The position numbers and the translations under genes were made by a program. A stretch of 64,000 bases of DNA. It comes from Takakia lepidozioides (taxonomy: Eukaryota; Plantae; Bryophyta). Below the pieces are notes generated by a model. The model was not told the DNA's origin and did not search any database. It worked only from the letters and a program-made list of their open reading frames with translations. How positions within the stretch are numbered: position 1 is the stretch's first letter; the number at the start of each line of letters is the position of its first letter. The stretch lies in NCBI GenBank assembly GCA_030704615.1, contig CM060734.1, positions 40,548,001-40,612,000 of the forward strand, read 5' to 3'. Below are positions 27,401 to 38,200 of this stretch, piece after piece.

Positions 27401-30400
27401 GGCTGTTTAATAGCGTGGTCACCCCAAATGCCACTTTTGGTTGTGAATTCTGGGCACCTGCGGTCCCAGTTTCCTGGTGGGAAAAGAATCTGGAACCATT
27501 GCAGTCATCTTTCCTCCAAGCAATGCTTGGCGCCAGAGGCACAACTCCATCGCACATACTGAATGCGGAATTCGCCTGCGTGCCACTTCAAACTGAGGCC
27601 CTCTTCTGGCTTACAATTTTCCTGCATAGTTTACAAGCCCTTCCTCCCAAGGGGCTTGTGGCCAGGGCCCTTGCGACATCTATTAGACTCAAAAATGCAG
27701 GTTTCAAACCATCCTGGTATGCTCGGGTGGATACCTTTTTGAATGCCATGGACTCTCTATTGCTTCACTATTGCCAGTGAACCCAGAAGAGGTGGACATC
27801 ACATCCAAGCATGACCGCAACCAACTCATTAGAAAGGAGCTCATGGAGCTACATGTCAGGAGAACTTGGGAGTTACCCAACCTCACGACAAAGCTCCATT
27901 TCTATCGAGAAACATTCTTGGTTCTCCGAGATGATAGAATCTTGCGGCCCAATTACCTTTCGGCCTCTTTATCTCCTTCTCTCCTGAGGGCTTTGGGGCG
28001 GTTCAGGGTGGGCTCCCACAACCTACGGATAGAGACTGGCAGATGGGAAAACCTGCAGCGGGAGGACCGCCTCTGTTAGATTCCATTGTCTATTCCGTGG
28101 AACCCAATCTCTCACTGAAGGCTTCCACTGTGAAGATCAGAAATGCTTGGCAGCCTACCTGCACGAGGCATTTACCCTTGGACAATCACTCCAACAATAA
28201 TTCTTTTCTCTGACTCTGGTTTCCTGTTTTCTTTCATGTTTTTCTTTCCATTTTGTCCCATAAGCTCTATGAGCTTTCCGCGGACGTTATAAAGCACCAT
28301 TTCATTTCATTTCATTTCATCTTTTCTTTGCAATAGCCCTTCTCTCCCTTCTCTGTTTGCTGTACAACATAATTGTATAATGCTCATGGAAGATTAGCAT
28401 AAGGCAAGGCTTATTTGGGGTGTGGCTGGAGAGCAGATTTGATGACTTGGTAAGGCGGTTTGAGAGACCAGATGGTCGGAATCGGTGGGACTCACGACTC
28501 TATGAATTGAAGCCCGCCATAGGTTGGGCCATCGGTTACTTCTTCTGGACTGGCTTTCACAATTTTCTTTCCTGTTCCATGCCAGAAACTGTTCTGTGCT
28601 GTGTAAACCGTTTCTCTACTGGCCAACAACCATTTAGTTAGAGCTTGTTTTTTGCAAAGTGGCATGGCATTTGTTTCATCCCTCACATTCAACTTGCGAC
28701 TGGTAGATAGACACAAATATCCAGACAGATAGACAGACAGAAAAACAGACACACAGGCAGAGATGATTATTATCATGGATTCATGCATTTGTAACCATAC
28801 AATCCATTTGGAGATTACCTTGTGCAGTCAAGGATTCATCTTGTAAACCCTACATATGTGGGAGCTTTTTGGGGTTACCAGACCCTGAGTGCTTGTGCTG
28901 GTAAGAGGATGCTTAAGTACCTGAGCATAAGATCTATTTGGTTCTAAATCTAATATCAGGAGTCTAATGGCATGGGGGCCACCATACATTCCTACAGACA
29001 ATGGCTTCTAGCCTTCTCGGGGGGCTCTATAGTCATGCAGGTCTGCTCTACAAACTGAGTACCCCAAGTCACTTTCCCATAAATCACAAACTCTCACCTG
29101 AGCAATCATACCCTCCCTAAAATGAGTTGTGTTGGGCCCAGTCGCCCAAACACACAGAGTTTTATGAAGCTAGGGCACTGAGGTTTAGCGAAGTTTTGTA
29201 GTTGCAGCTTAGTGTGACAGTTGCAAGTTGACTGGCTAACAGAGGAAATACACGAGGGGACTCCAACAATTGTGGAAGCTGCGGTTTATCTGACTAGCGA
29301 TGGGAGTGTGGGTTTGCGTCATTCACAAGTTTTGCAGCCTACCATTGCCACACAAAATGTAGGTGTTCTTCCTTCCATTTTGTTATCACTCTAGACTGTA
29401 TATGGGGGAGAGCAAAAGATGTAGAAGATTTGTCTGTCTGTCCTCTCTCTCTTTCTCCTTTCCTTCCATTTTGTTAGCACTCTAGACAGTATCGGGGGAG
29501 AGTGCGAAGGAGGTAGAAGATTTGTCCGTCCGTCTTCTTTCTCTCTCTCTCTCTCTGTGATGGCCACAAGGCTACGGCAAACAACGTCTTATGAGTACAT
29601 TCTCTCTCTCTCTCTCTTATTGGGCAAACCACACACAGCAGATTGATGCTTGTGTAAAGGGATTTCTAGAGGATATGTGGAAAACTCGGATCACTTGTCT
29701 GTTCCAAGGTAAGTCATACTACCAGTGTCAGCCCCTGACAAAGGTAGTTTCTGTCCCTATGTGTTCCGCTCAAACTGAGCGTGGGGTCAATGGCCACAAG
29801 GCTACGGCAAACAACGTCGTATGAGTACATTCTCTCTCTCTCTCTCTGTGTTCTCATCCACAAACCAATCATACACACCCACCAGATTCTGCAAGCTCTG
29901 GAGTACAGGGCTAAAGGGCGTTGAGAAGCATCTCTCTCTCTATCTCCTTGTCTCCCTCTAGCCCTACTCCCCTTTCTGCTTCTTGTTGAGGGGCGTATGA
30001 TCTCAAGACTACAACAAGCAGGGATGACGTTGAAGACATACCAAGAGAGGCTTTCTAAGACTTTCCTGTTTGTGCTTTTTGTAGGTACGAGCATCAGAGA
30101 CCAATTCGTTGTACGAACTAGATTGTGCTACACAGGTGAGACCCTTTCCTGATTTTTCTCCTCCAGTGCTACAGAGGGGTTCTGTGGTGTGAAACAAAGC
30201 TGTAAAGTCTCCTTCCTGAGTGTAGTGATTTGGCAGCTGCAAATGCAACAGAACAGGATTAATGCTGATGATTCCTGATCAAATCCGAGTGTAATTATTT
30301 GGGTTTTCTCGGCAGAGTGTTCAGACTCTGGAGGGTTCTTGTAGCTCTTTGCAAATTCAGGGTTTAGAAGTATTCCGGTGGGCACATTGTTTGTTGCCAT

Positions 30401-31627
30401 GTCCAAATGAAGCCCGCTCAACTGAAACAGTGAAGAGACGGTTTTCGCTCATCACTCCAGCAAGGCATTTCAATCTGCACAGGCCCCGATGGCTCTTATG
30501 GTTTGATGCAATTCCTGACTGCTGCACATCTCAAACAAAACATGGGTGTGAGAGAGACTTAGATCCCATGACTTGCCATGGGGCCCCGTGCCTGGTTTTG
30601 AAGGGTGTACGAAAGAGGGGAAAGGAAATTGATAGAATGAGAGCAGAGCAAAATGAGGGTAATTATATTTGGTGGAGGCTCTCTCCAATAGTGGCTTCTT
30701 CCTGCATAAGTAGAGCTGATTTGAGCCTTTTAGGTTTCTCTACAGCATTAAATCAAAATTGAAGATTCTCCCAGCTTCAGACCCAAAGAGATAAACGGCT
30801 ATTGGCTTGGTGAATAGGCCTTTGAACTGATTGAAAGTGATAGTATATTACATTCTTGTGAATGGGTCGTCTTGCTTGAAGAGAACTCCCTGCCCTGTTG
30901 TGTGCGTGCGCATGTGCATGACGGATGGACTGCATCTGTCAGAAGCTGTCCTAACTTCCATGTCGTTTTCAGTGTGCTCCGCCTCTTTCATGGAGGATGC
31001 TGGTTCGTATCATTGTGCTGACATTTTGCCATTCATGGGGTTTCTGGCAGGAGGTTGTATCGGCCTTGGTGGATGCGCAGGCCCAAGGCCTTGGAGGGGT
31101 TGTACGAAGCGTGCCTGTTGGGGAAGGCCTTCCTATCATATCCTCCTCTCAGGTGGTATACCTTTTTGCTAAAGAAATGTTGTCTTTCTGTGCATTTTCA
31201 TTTCATGCACCCAAGTTGTTTGGAAAGGCCGAACTACTTGTTCATATCAAGGAAAGTCCCACTACTGGAGTGAGCCCCTCACAAGGCAGTGTGTCCTCTC
31301 TTGTTCCCGACAAACTGGGTGCGGAGACTATTGCCAGAAGACTATGGCAAACAGCTACATTCTGCATCTACCTCACAAGTGGGTATTTCAAGTTTTGTCT
31401 CTCTCTCATTATGTATCAAGTGGATTTATCACCTTAACCTGTAAGTGCACATCAGCTTAAAGAGAAGTGTGGGGCTCCCAGAGTTGCGCCGGCTACGACG
31501 AACCTTCCTCAAACTGGCAGGGCAATCTAGTTTGTCAGGGCCACCACCTCCTACCGATGCAAAAAGCGCAAAGCGAATGTTTGCTGATTACTTGAACAGA
31601 GAATTCTCTTCCAGTTTGTCTTACTGA
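24453..31627 (+). CDS. KTI12: KTI12/DRL1 (Elongator-associated P-loop ATPase), 9 exons: 24453-24600, 26322-26425, 26737-26793, 27166-27251, 28437-28522, 29243-29358, 30085-30135, 31051-31137, 31451-31627; 303 aa
   Basis: P-loop CGQPCSGKS, IVDSLNYIKGYRYELWCLAR, FERPDGRNRWDS, LPELRRLRRTF, FADYLN; the exons join into an open 912-nt CDS when the last intron is read as AT-AC. Confidence 0.95.
25220..26186 (+). mobile_element. LINE family B (RTEX-like), degenerate, in KTI12 intron 1
   Basis: TANVAVQGEFG, GQPTLGTRL and CCHC remnants; family B 3' end at about 26135-26185. Confidence 0.8.
27381..28321 (+). mobile_element. LINE family A (RTEX-like), 5'-truncated, in KTI12 intron 4
   Basis: GCEFWAP, RFRVGSHNLRIETGRW; 3' hairpin AAGCTCTATGAGCTT and (CATTT)n tail. 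Confidence 0.92.
29371..29556. repeat. Imperfect tandem duplication (~90 bp unit)
   Basis: CCTTCCATTTTGTTA-CACTCTAGAC...GTAGAAGATTTGTC present twice. Confidence 0.85.
29558..29847 (+). mobile_element. Two stacked LINE family B 3' ends, each ending in (CT)n
   Basis: ATGGCCACAAGGCTACGGCAAACAACGTC-TATGAGTACATTCTCTCT at about 29560 and 29790. Confidence 0.9.
31138..31450 (+). other. U12-type (minor spliceosome) AT-AC intron, 313 nt
   Basis: Donor ATATCCTC, branch CCTTAAC at 31432-31438, terminal AC; removal gives in-frame GEGLPI|ISLKRSVGLPELRR. Confidence 0.9.
31240..31356 (+). mobile_element. Degenerate LINE family B 3' fragment inside the U12 intron
   Basis: AAGTCCCACTACTGGAGTGAGCCCCTCACAAGGCAGTGT...GGCAAAC matches 36868-36970. 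Confidence 0.8.
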
Positions 31628-32291
31628 AGAAGTGAAATATTCTGCTTATTGCTAGTATGTGTAATAAAGAATACTGAAGCAGGTCCAACTGCAGCTCTCC
31701 CAGCAGACATGAGGTATCAGATGGTGAAATAGGAATCTTTGTGCCTTGTACATAGGTGGTACTTCGTCAATGGTGGCTAAGATCCTTAGTGTTGTATCTT
31801 AAAGCAAGAAGAGTAAGAAGTTTTGCCACTGCTATGAGACATGGCTTTCAGTTAGAGATTGGATGGAGTCAATCCTGCTGATTAGTAGGGAACCAATGCC
31901 TCCAAATCAACCCTATTACGCGGTCTGTATAATATAGGTTATGTCAAAGGGTGTATTTTGTGTGCTACCGATCTCTGCTAACATAATGTTCTTTTTGTCA
32001 CCACCCGGGCTACCAACACACTACAAGCAACTCTCTTCGTTGTTGCAAAGTAACACTGACATATCCACTTGTCAAGCCCCCTTTCTTATGGACTTTATGA
32101 ACTCCATATATGAGTACTGGGGGGAGGTTTGTTACAAGAAAGCAAAAAGAGAGAAGAGCAGGAACAAATTAAGGGAAATTTATCATACAAAAAGCAAGAG
32201 TGAAAGGAGAGAAGCTGGGAGTAACTGCCCAAAATAAACCTTTACTAGTTGCAACAATCAAACTCTTCTGATAGAAGCCATTTTCCTTTAA

Positions 32292-35200
32292 TCACAGAGT
32301 GACTTTACAAAACAATGGACCAGTGCCTTTGGTCACCTCAAAGTCAAGAGGAATCTCCCCTTGCCCAAAGTCTACAAATGCAGTGTAACCCCCAAAGAAT
32401 CCACGGAATGACACTTCACCATCCCTACAGATCTGACTCACAATACTAGTTGTCCACTCCTCCTTCAAAGCAATAAACCGTTTTCCAGCAGCATTCACCC
32501 GTCCATCAGAGTCAACAAGGTGAGCATTCTCTCTTGATGTTGCACCCTCCCAAAAGCCCCATAGCATAATTCCTGCAATCCCGGAGTTCGCAAAACACTC
32601 CCGCAGAATCACCTACAAAATACAGCATCCACCTTTCAGAGGACTTGTACAGGTTTGTTGATAACAGTTGATCTCTCTAACGAGATCAGCTGAAGAACCT
32701 ACTTTCAGAGTTCCATTGTCCTTGCATTTCGGATCTTCAAAGCTGGAGGCCTGCCCTAAAGTTGGGGAAGCTCTAAAGAGACAACAACATCTCCTGAATC
32801 TCACAATATACAGGACAGGAGAAGAAAAAGTGTTACTCTGCTTCCACTTCTGGCAACATGCAGACCACAGCCTCTCACTTTTTGTTTCCTGGATCACTCC
32901 ACAGCCCATGAGAGCCAACTCGGAAGGCACCCAGGCCCCACTTAAGTTCTTGGATTGTGTGGTTGTCCCTGATTGTCTCTTTGTACAATTTGGTAGAAAG
33001 AAATTAGTAGGTTTCTCCAAGGGAGGAAAGAGAGAGAAAATATTGATAACTTCCACAGGAGGCCCAGAGGGTCTACCAGCATAAACAAACCAGTCAAATA
33101 ATGGGAAAGAAACAGAGATCCTGAAAATGGATAGGCACTGCCTCATGGGGTCCTCATAGCTGAACTATGCCTCTTTCAATCACAGCCTACATGCTTGGGG
33201 CACTTCATCTTTGGGCAATACTGGACATTTAGTTAGTTCATGGTTTGCTCTACTGTCCTATGGACGCTCTCTGGACGTTATGAAGTTTCTTTCATAAAGT
33301 ACCATTCATTTCTCTTTCTCATTTCACCCCTCATTTCTCTTTCGTCACCCCCAACCAAAAAGTGGCTGTTTGACACCGTCGTCAGCCCTGCTTCCATCTA
33401 TGGTTGTGAGTTCTGGGCACCTGGTGTCCCCATCTCCTGGTCGGAAAAGAATCTGGAACCATTGCAGTCATCTTTTCTCCAAGCAATGCTTGGCTGCAGA
33501 AGCACAACTCCATCTCATATCCTAGGTGCAGAGTTCGCATGTGTACCATTGCAAACCGAGGCCCTCTTCCGGCTTACAATCTTTCTCCATAGATTACAGG
33601 CCCTTCCACCCAAGGGGCTCGTGGCAAGGGCCCTCGCAACATCTATGAGGCTCAAAGCTGCAGGTTTCAGGAACTCCTGGTAAGCTCGAGTGGACAGTTT
33701 ATTTCAACGCAACGGACTCTCTACTGCTTCCCTATTACCGATGAATCCAGATGAGGTGGACATCGCATCCAGACATGACTTGGAAGCTACCCAATCTGAC
33801 AAAGCTCCACTTCTATCGAGAGACATTCTTGGTGCTCCGAGATGATAGAATCTTGAGGCCAAATTACCTTTCAGCATCCTTATCTCCTTCCCTCCTGAGG
33901 GCATTGGGGCGGTTCAGGGCGGGTTCCCACAACCTACGGATAGATTGTACTCATAAGACGTTGTTTGACAACCTACGGATAGAGACTGGCAGATGGGAAA
34001 ATCTGCAACGGGAGGACCGCCTATGTCCAACTTGCATAGGGCGCAGCCAGGAAATTAAAACTGAAGAACACTTCTTCTTCTACTGCCCTCTATACTACGA
34101 GATCCGTGGGAGATTCCACTGTTTATTTAGTGGAACCCAATCTCTCACTGAAGTCTTCCACTACGAGGATCAAAAATGCTTGGCAGCCTACCTGCACGAG
34201 GCCTTACCCTTAGACAATCGCTATAACCTTAGTTCTTATTCCTGGGTTCTGGTTTTGTTCCTCTCTCATGTTTTCTTCCATTTTGTCCCATAAGCTCTAT
34301 GAGCTTTCCGCGGATGTTATAAAGCACCATTTCATTTCATTTCTTCTGTGGACAATAGTACCAAGTTCCTTTCTTTTGGGGTTCCTAATGCCTCCAGTGG
34401 AGATAAAAAAAAATCACTTGTTCTTTACCTGATTAAGGCTCCAACGATAGCAGTGGCATCACATTTTCTCTCATCCTCGCTCCTCCCTGCCTTCTCATTA
34501 ACCTTTCTACTCTATACAAAGTACCCATGGTTTATGGCAACAAGCAAGCAAAGGCCAATAAGTATACCTTGGTAGTGTCTCTCTCTCTTTGTCATGTCTC
34601 TCTGCACTGTACTATCCAGCTAGAGAACATGCTTCAGTCTAGTCAACAACTGAAAACAGTACCTCGAGATCATCGGCCCGGACATGTTCATTGGATGAAG
34701 AGACGTCGATTTCAGTGAGCCAGATTGGGATGCCCTTCGTAGCCAATTTGTCAAATGAGTGGCAGAGGATAGAGCCAACAGGGGTGTCCACGTGACCTTG
34801 GATTCCTATTCCCCCCACGAGAGCACCTTGTTTTTGCAACGCCTCAATCTGTGCCAGGTATCTTTCTGGTGATGAATTGGCATCACATCCATCTTCCACA
34901 TGGTAATCATTGACAAAAAGTTGAGCCTCAGGGTCAAACTGATGAGCCAGTTTGAACATGTAGGCTTGAATGCCAGGGCCCAACCGGTCACGGTAGAAGC
35001 ACCCATGTAGCATCTCATTGTTGACATCGTAGTGTTGAAATTTACCATGATAACGTGACAGCAGTTGAGTTGCCCGATTCTGAACAGCCTCTGCCAGCTC
35101 TATTGCAGTTAAGCTCTTCAGCCAGTCTTGGACAGTGTGCTCACATTCCCAGAAAATGCAATGGCCCCGGATGGGAATCTTGTTCTGATTACAGAATTCC

Positions 35201-38200
35201 ACAAGCTCATCGCTATCTTGGTAGTTGATCTGACCATCATTGCACAAATTGAAACCATCAAATTTTGTTGCCGGTGTCTTTCCTTTTCGGTGGGGACGGA
35301 CAGATTCAATGGCAGACGCAGCTTTGTTAGTAGGTTGTTGGTATTCATGGTAGTGCCAAGGAGATGACAGTAAACAATCCAAAGGTTTAAGCAGCCACTT
35401 CACTTTGAACAACCTTTCGGAGTCGGGGGCTAAAAACAAACAATTGACTCCTGCTGAAGCAAGCAAACTATGGTGTCACTTCACCCTCAAAAAGGCTGCC
35501 TTCTGTTGGGCTATACATCTTCTAATGCCCGTAAACGGGGTAGAAAGGTTGCTCAAACCTCCCCCAAGGACTCTAGAGCCCAGGTACCCACACATTAGGT
35601 GATCCTTGTTCACCCAGCGACCCCACGATTACAGCTGGGTTGGCTATAATGGGTGACATCCGACATAAACCTTCGTGGATTTGAACCCATGACTGCTTGT
35701 AAGGCGGCCTTGTGCCATTACAAGGAGGGTCATATGTTGGATGCTTTGGGAGTCGAATATATAACTACCTTCACCAAGCAAGCGATGATGCACAGAACCA
35801 TCACCCTATTTTAACAATCGATAGGGCTGAGCATAGAATTTTGCAAAATTTCCACCCTTCTCATATCAAGATGCCAAACCTCCCGTATAGGGAAGATGAC
35901 TTTCCACTTGGTAAAGCCTGACATTTCCTCTCAGAAGGTCCAGGTACTATTTAGGCAAGTTTCTACAAGTAGAAGTTGTGGAACACTTTTAACCATCCAT
36001 ACACACAAGGTCTTGAGCACCTACCTAATCCAACAAAGTGCCAATCAATACCTGACCCTTTTGAGGCTCCGTCCAACCCCACTTGATCTCGTTCTCGAAC
36101 ACTGCCCAATTAAAATGTTCACGGAAGAACTTCACGTAGCCTTTATTGTCGAGACTCCAACGGTTGATACATGAACCTAATGGGAAACTCCTGCTTGTTT
36201 GTTGAATTCTCACCCGAACACCTGCTGGCAGTGGCCTCTTATCAGAGCCTAATAGCTGGAGCACCATGTCGCGCTTGCGTAACTGTAGTTCAACACACAT
36301 TGGCATTTAGCCATGGGAAAGCCAGTGGAAATGGTTCAAATTAATATTATATGTCAGATGGTAACTAGTACAACACAAACATGAAGATAAAGTCAAAATC
36401 ATAGACTGACTTTGCCTGTCTCTTGCACCCCAATCTCCATCTGCCTGGTGACCATCCCTCCCTACCTCACTCTGAGCATGACACTAGGGTGATCTGAAGG
36501 GCCTACCTACCCTCGGCACTTGACTGAAATTTAAACTAAGGGCAGGGAGTCTTCCTTTGAACAAGAAACAGATGCAGAGAGGAAAGGGAGATAATCAAAT
36601 GACTGATGTTGGGGTGGCTTGAAGACACTATCCATTTTCTAATACAATATCCAGGGTTATCTCATCAGAGAGCAATCCTGTTCAGGACGGTGAAGAACAT
36701 AATCCCTGCACCTCTGTTGACCGACTTTCAATCTCCAGGCTGAGCCTAAAGCCCTGTTCCTGTTGGGGTCTAATTGCTGGGCAGTCCACACACAGTAGAT
36801 TGATGCTTGTATGAAGGGCTTGCTAGAGGAAATCTGGAAAACCTGAACTAGTTGTTTTATATCAGGTAAGTCCCACTACTGGAGTGAGCCCCTCACAAAG
36901 GCAGTGTCTCTTGCCTCTTCTTCCCCCCAAACTTGGTGCGGGGTCTATGGCCACAAGGCTACAGCAAACATCTTATGAGTACATTCTAAGCATGACATGA
37001 TGCCAGATAGCAAGCAGCCACCCTCTACCCTCTGACCAGAATGAGTGTCAGAAGCAAAACCGCACCTTGTCTGCTTCAGTCTGAAGCAATGCCACCCGTG
37101 CCAGTCGATCCACTGCAAAAATCTGCAAGCCTGGACGTACAGGTTGCCCACTGCAATATGAATCGGGAAACTTGATGACTAAACAGCTAGAACTCATTCA
37201 TCTGCAAGGAGAGAGCTGCCTTCCATTGAAAAGATTTAGTACAAATCTCAGACTGTCCTTATGGTCAGAACAAAGTGAGCCCGGTGGAGGACATAGCCCC
37301 AAAGATGAAAGGATTTGAATTCTACAGGCCTGCCAGATACCCAGACCAGTAAATGATCCATTCAGAGAACCAGGAAAATGCTTAGCAGCTACAAGGAGTG
37401 AGAACTTTGTCAGGAAGATATCAATCACGAGTATGGCCCTAGGCCAATACAGACCATACACTCTTATCAAAGGTCAACATGACCCAGATTAATTCGTTTC
37501 GATCATTTCTGATGTTACCTGCTATCATGAGATCCATGCCTGGCTCTGGCCCTTGTGCATACACCATGGCGTGCTTTGGCATCGTCTCCAATCGAAATGA
37601 GCCCACTGTTTCCTTCCATGAGTGCGCATCAGCTTCTACCTCTCCCCCTGTGACCCATCTCCCATCAATGCTTAAGGCTACATTCACTTTTTGTGGGCCA
37701 GATTTAGTGGAAAGTCTACTGGGGCCAACGCGCACCCAGGCTGATACTTGGTAAGGCACAAAGAGCTGAAGTCTCTCTGTGATGGTCTGGGCTGGTCCTT
37801 CCCACCAGTCTGTACGATTTGATGCAATGATGAAATTCCCACTCAAGTCGTGTGGAGGATATGGAAGAGAGGCTCTGGCAGCAGGGGGAAGGAAGGTCGG
37901 AGCGCCAGAGGCAACACGTATCTGACAAGACCCCTGGGCATACCAGCTGGAGAGGCCATTCAGGAGGTTGCTATTCTCCACAATGTTAACACCAAACTTT
38001 GGGTCCTGCCACCACACATAAGAAGTCTTCAGTGCGCTATGGAAGTGACTCACATAGATCTTCCAGATTTAATGGAGACCAAAAAAGGGAAACAAATTAG
38101 AGGGTCCTTTTTTGCTTTGGATAACTTCTCCTGGAATGATTGCCAGACACAAACCCTGGATGAAGGCATGCTATCACACACTCGGTGCTATCTTTCGAAG

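Noticed and set aside
34639-35466. 275-aa ORF as a standalone gene
   Set aside because: It is a xylanase exon (35229-34663) extended into intron sequence
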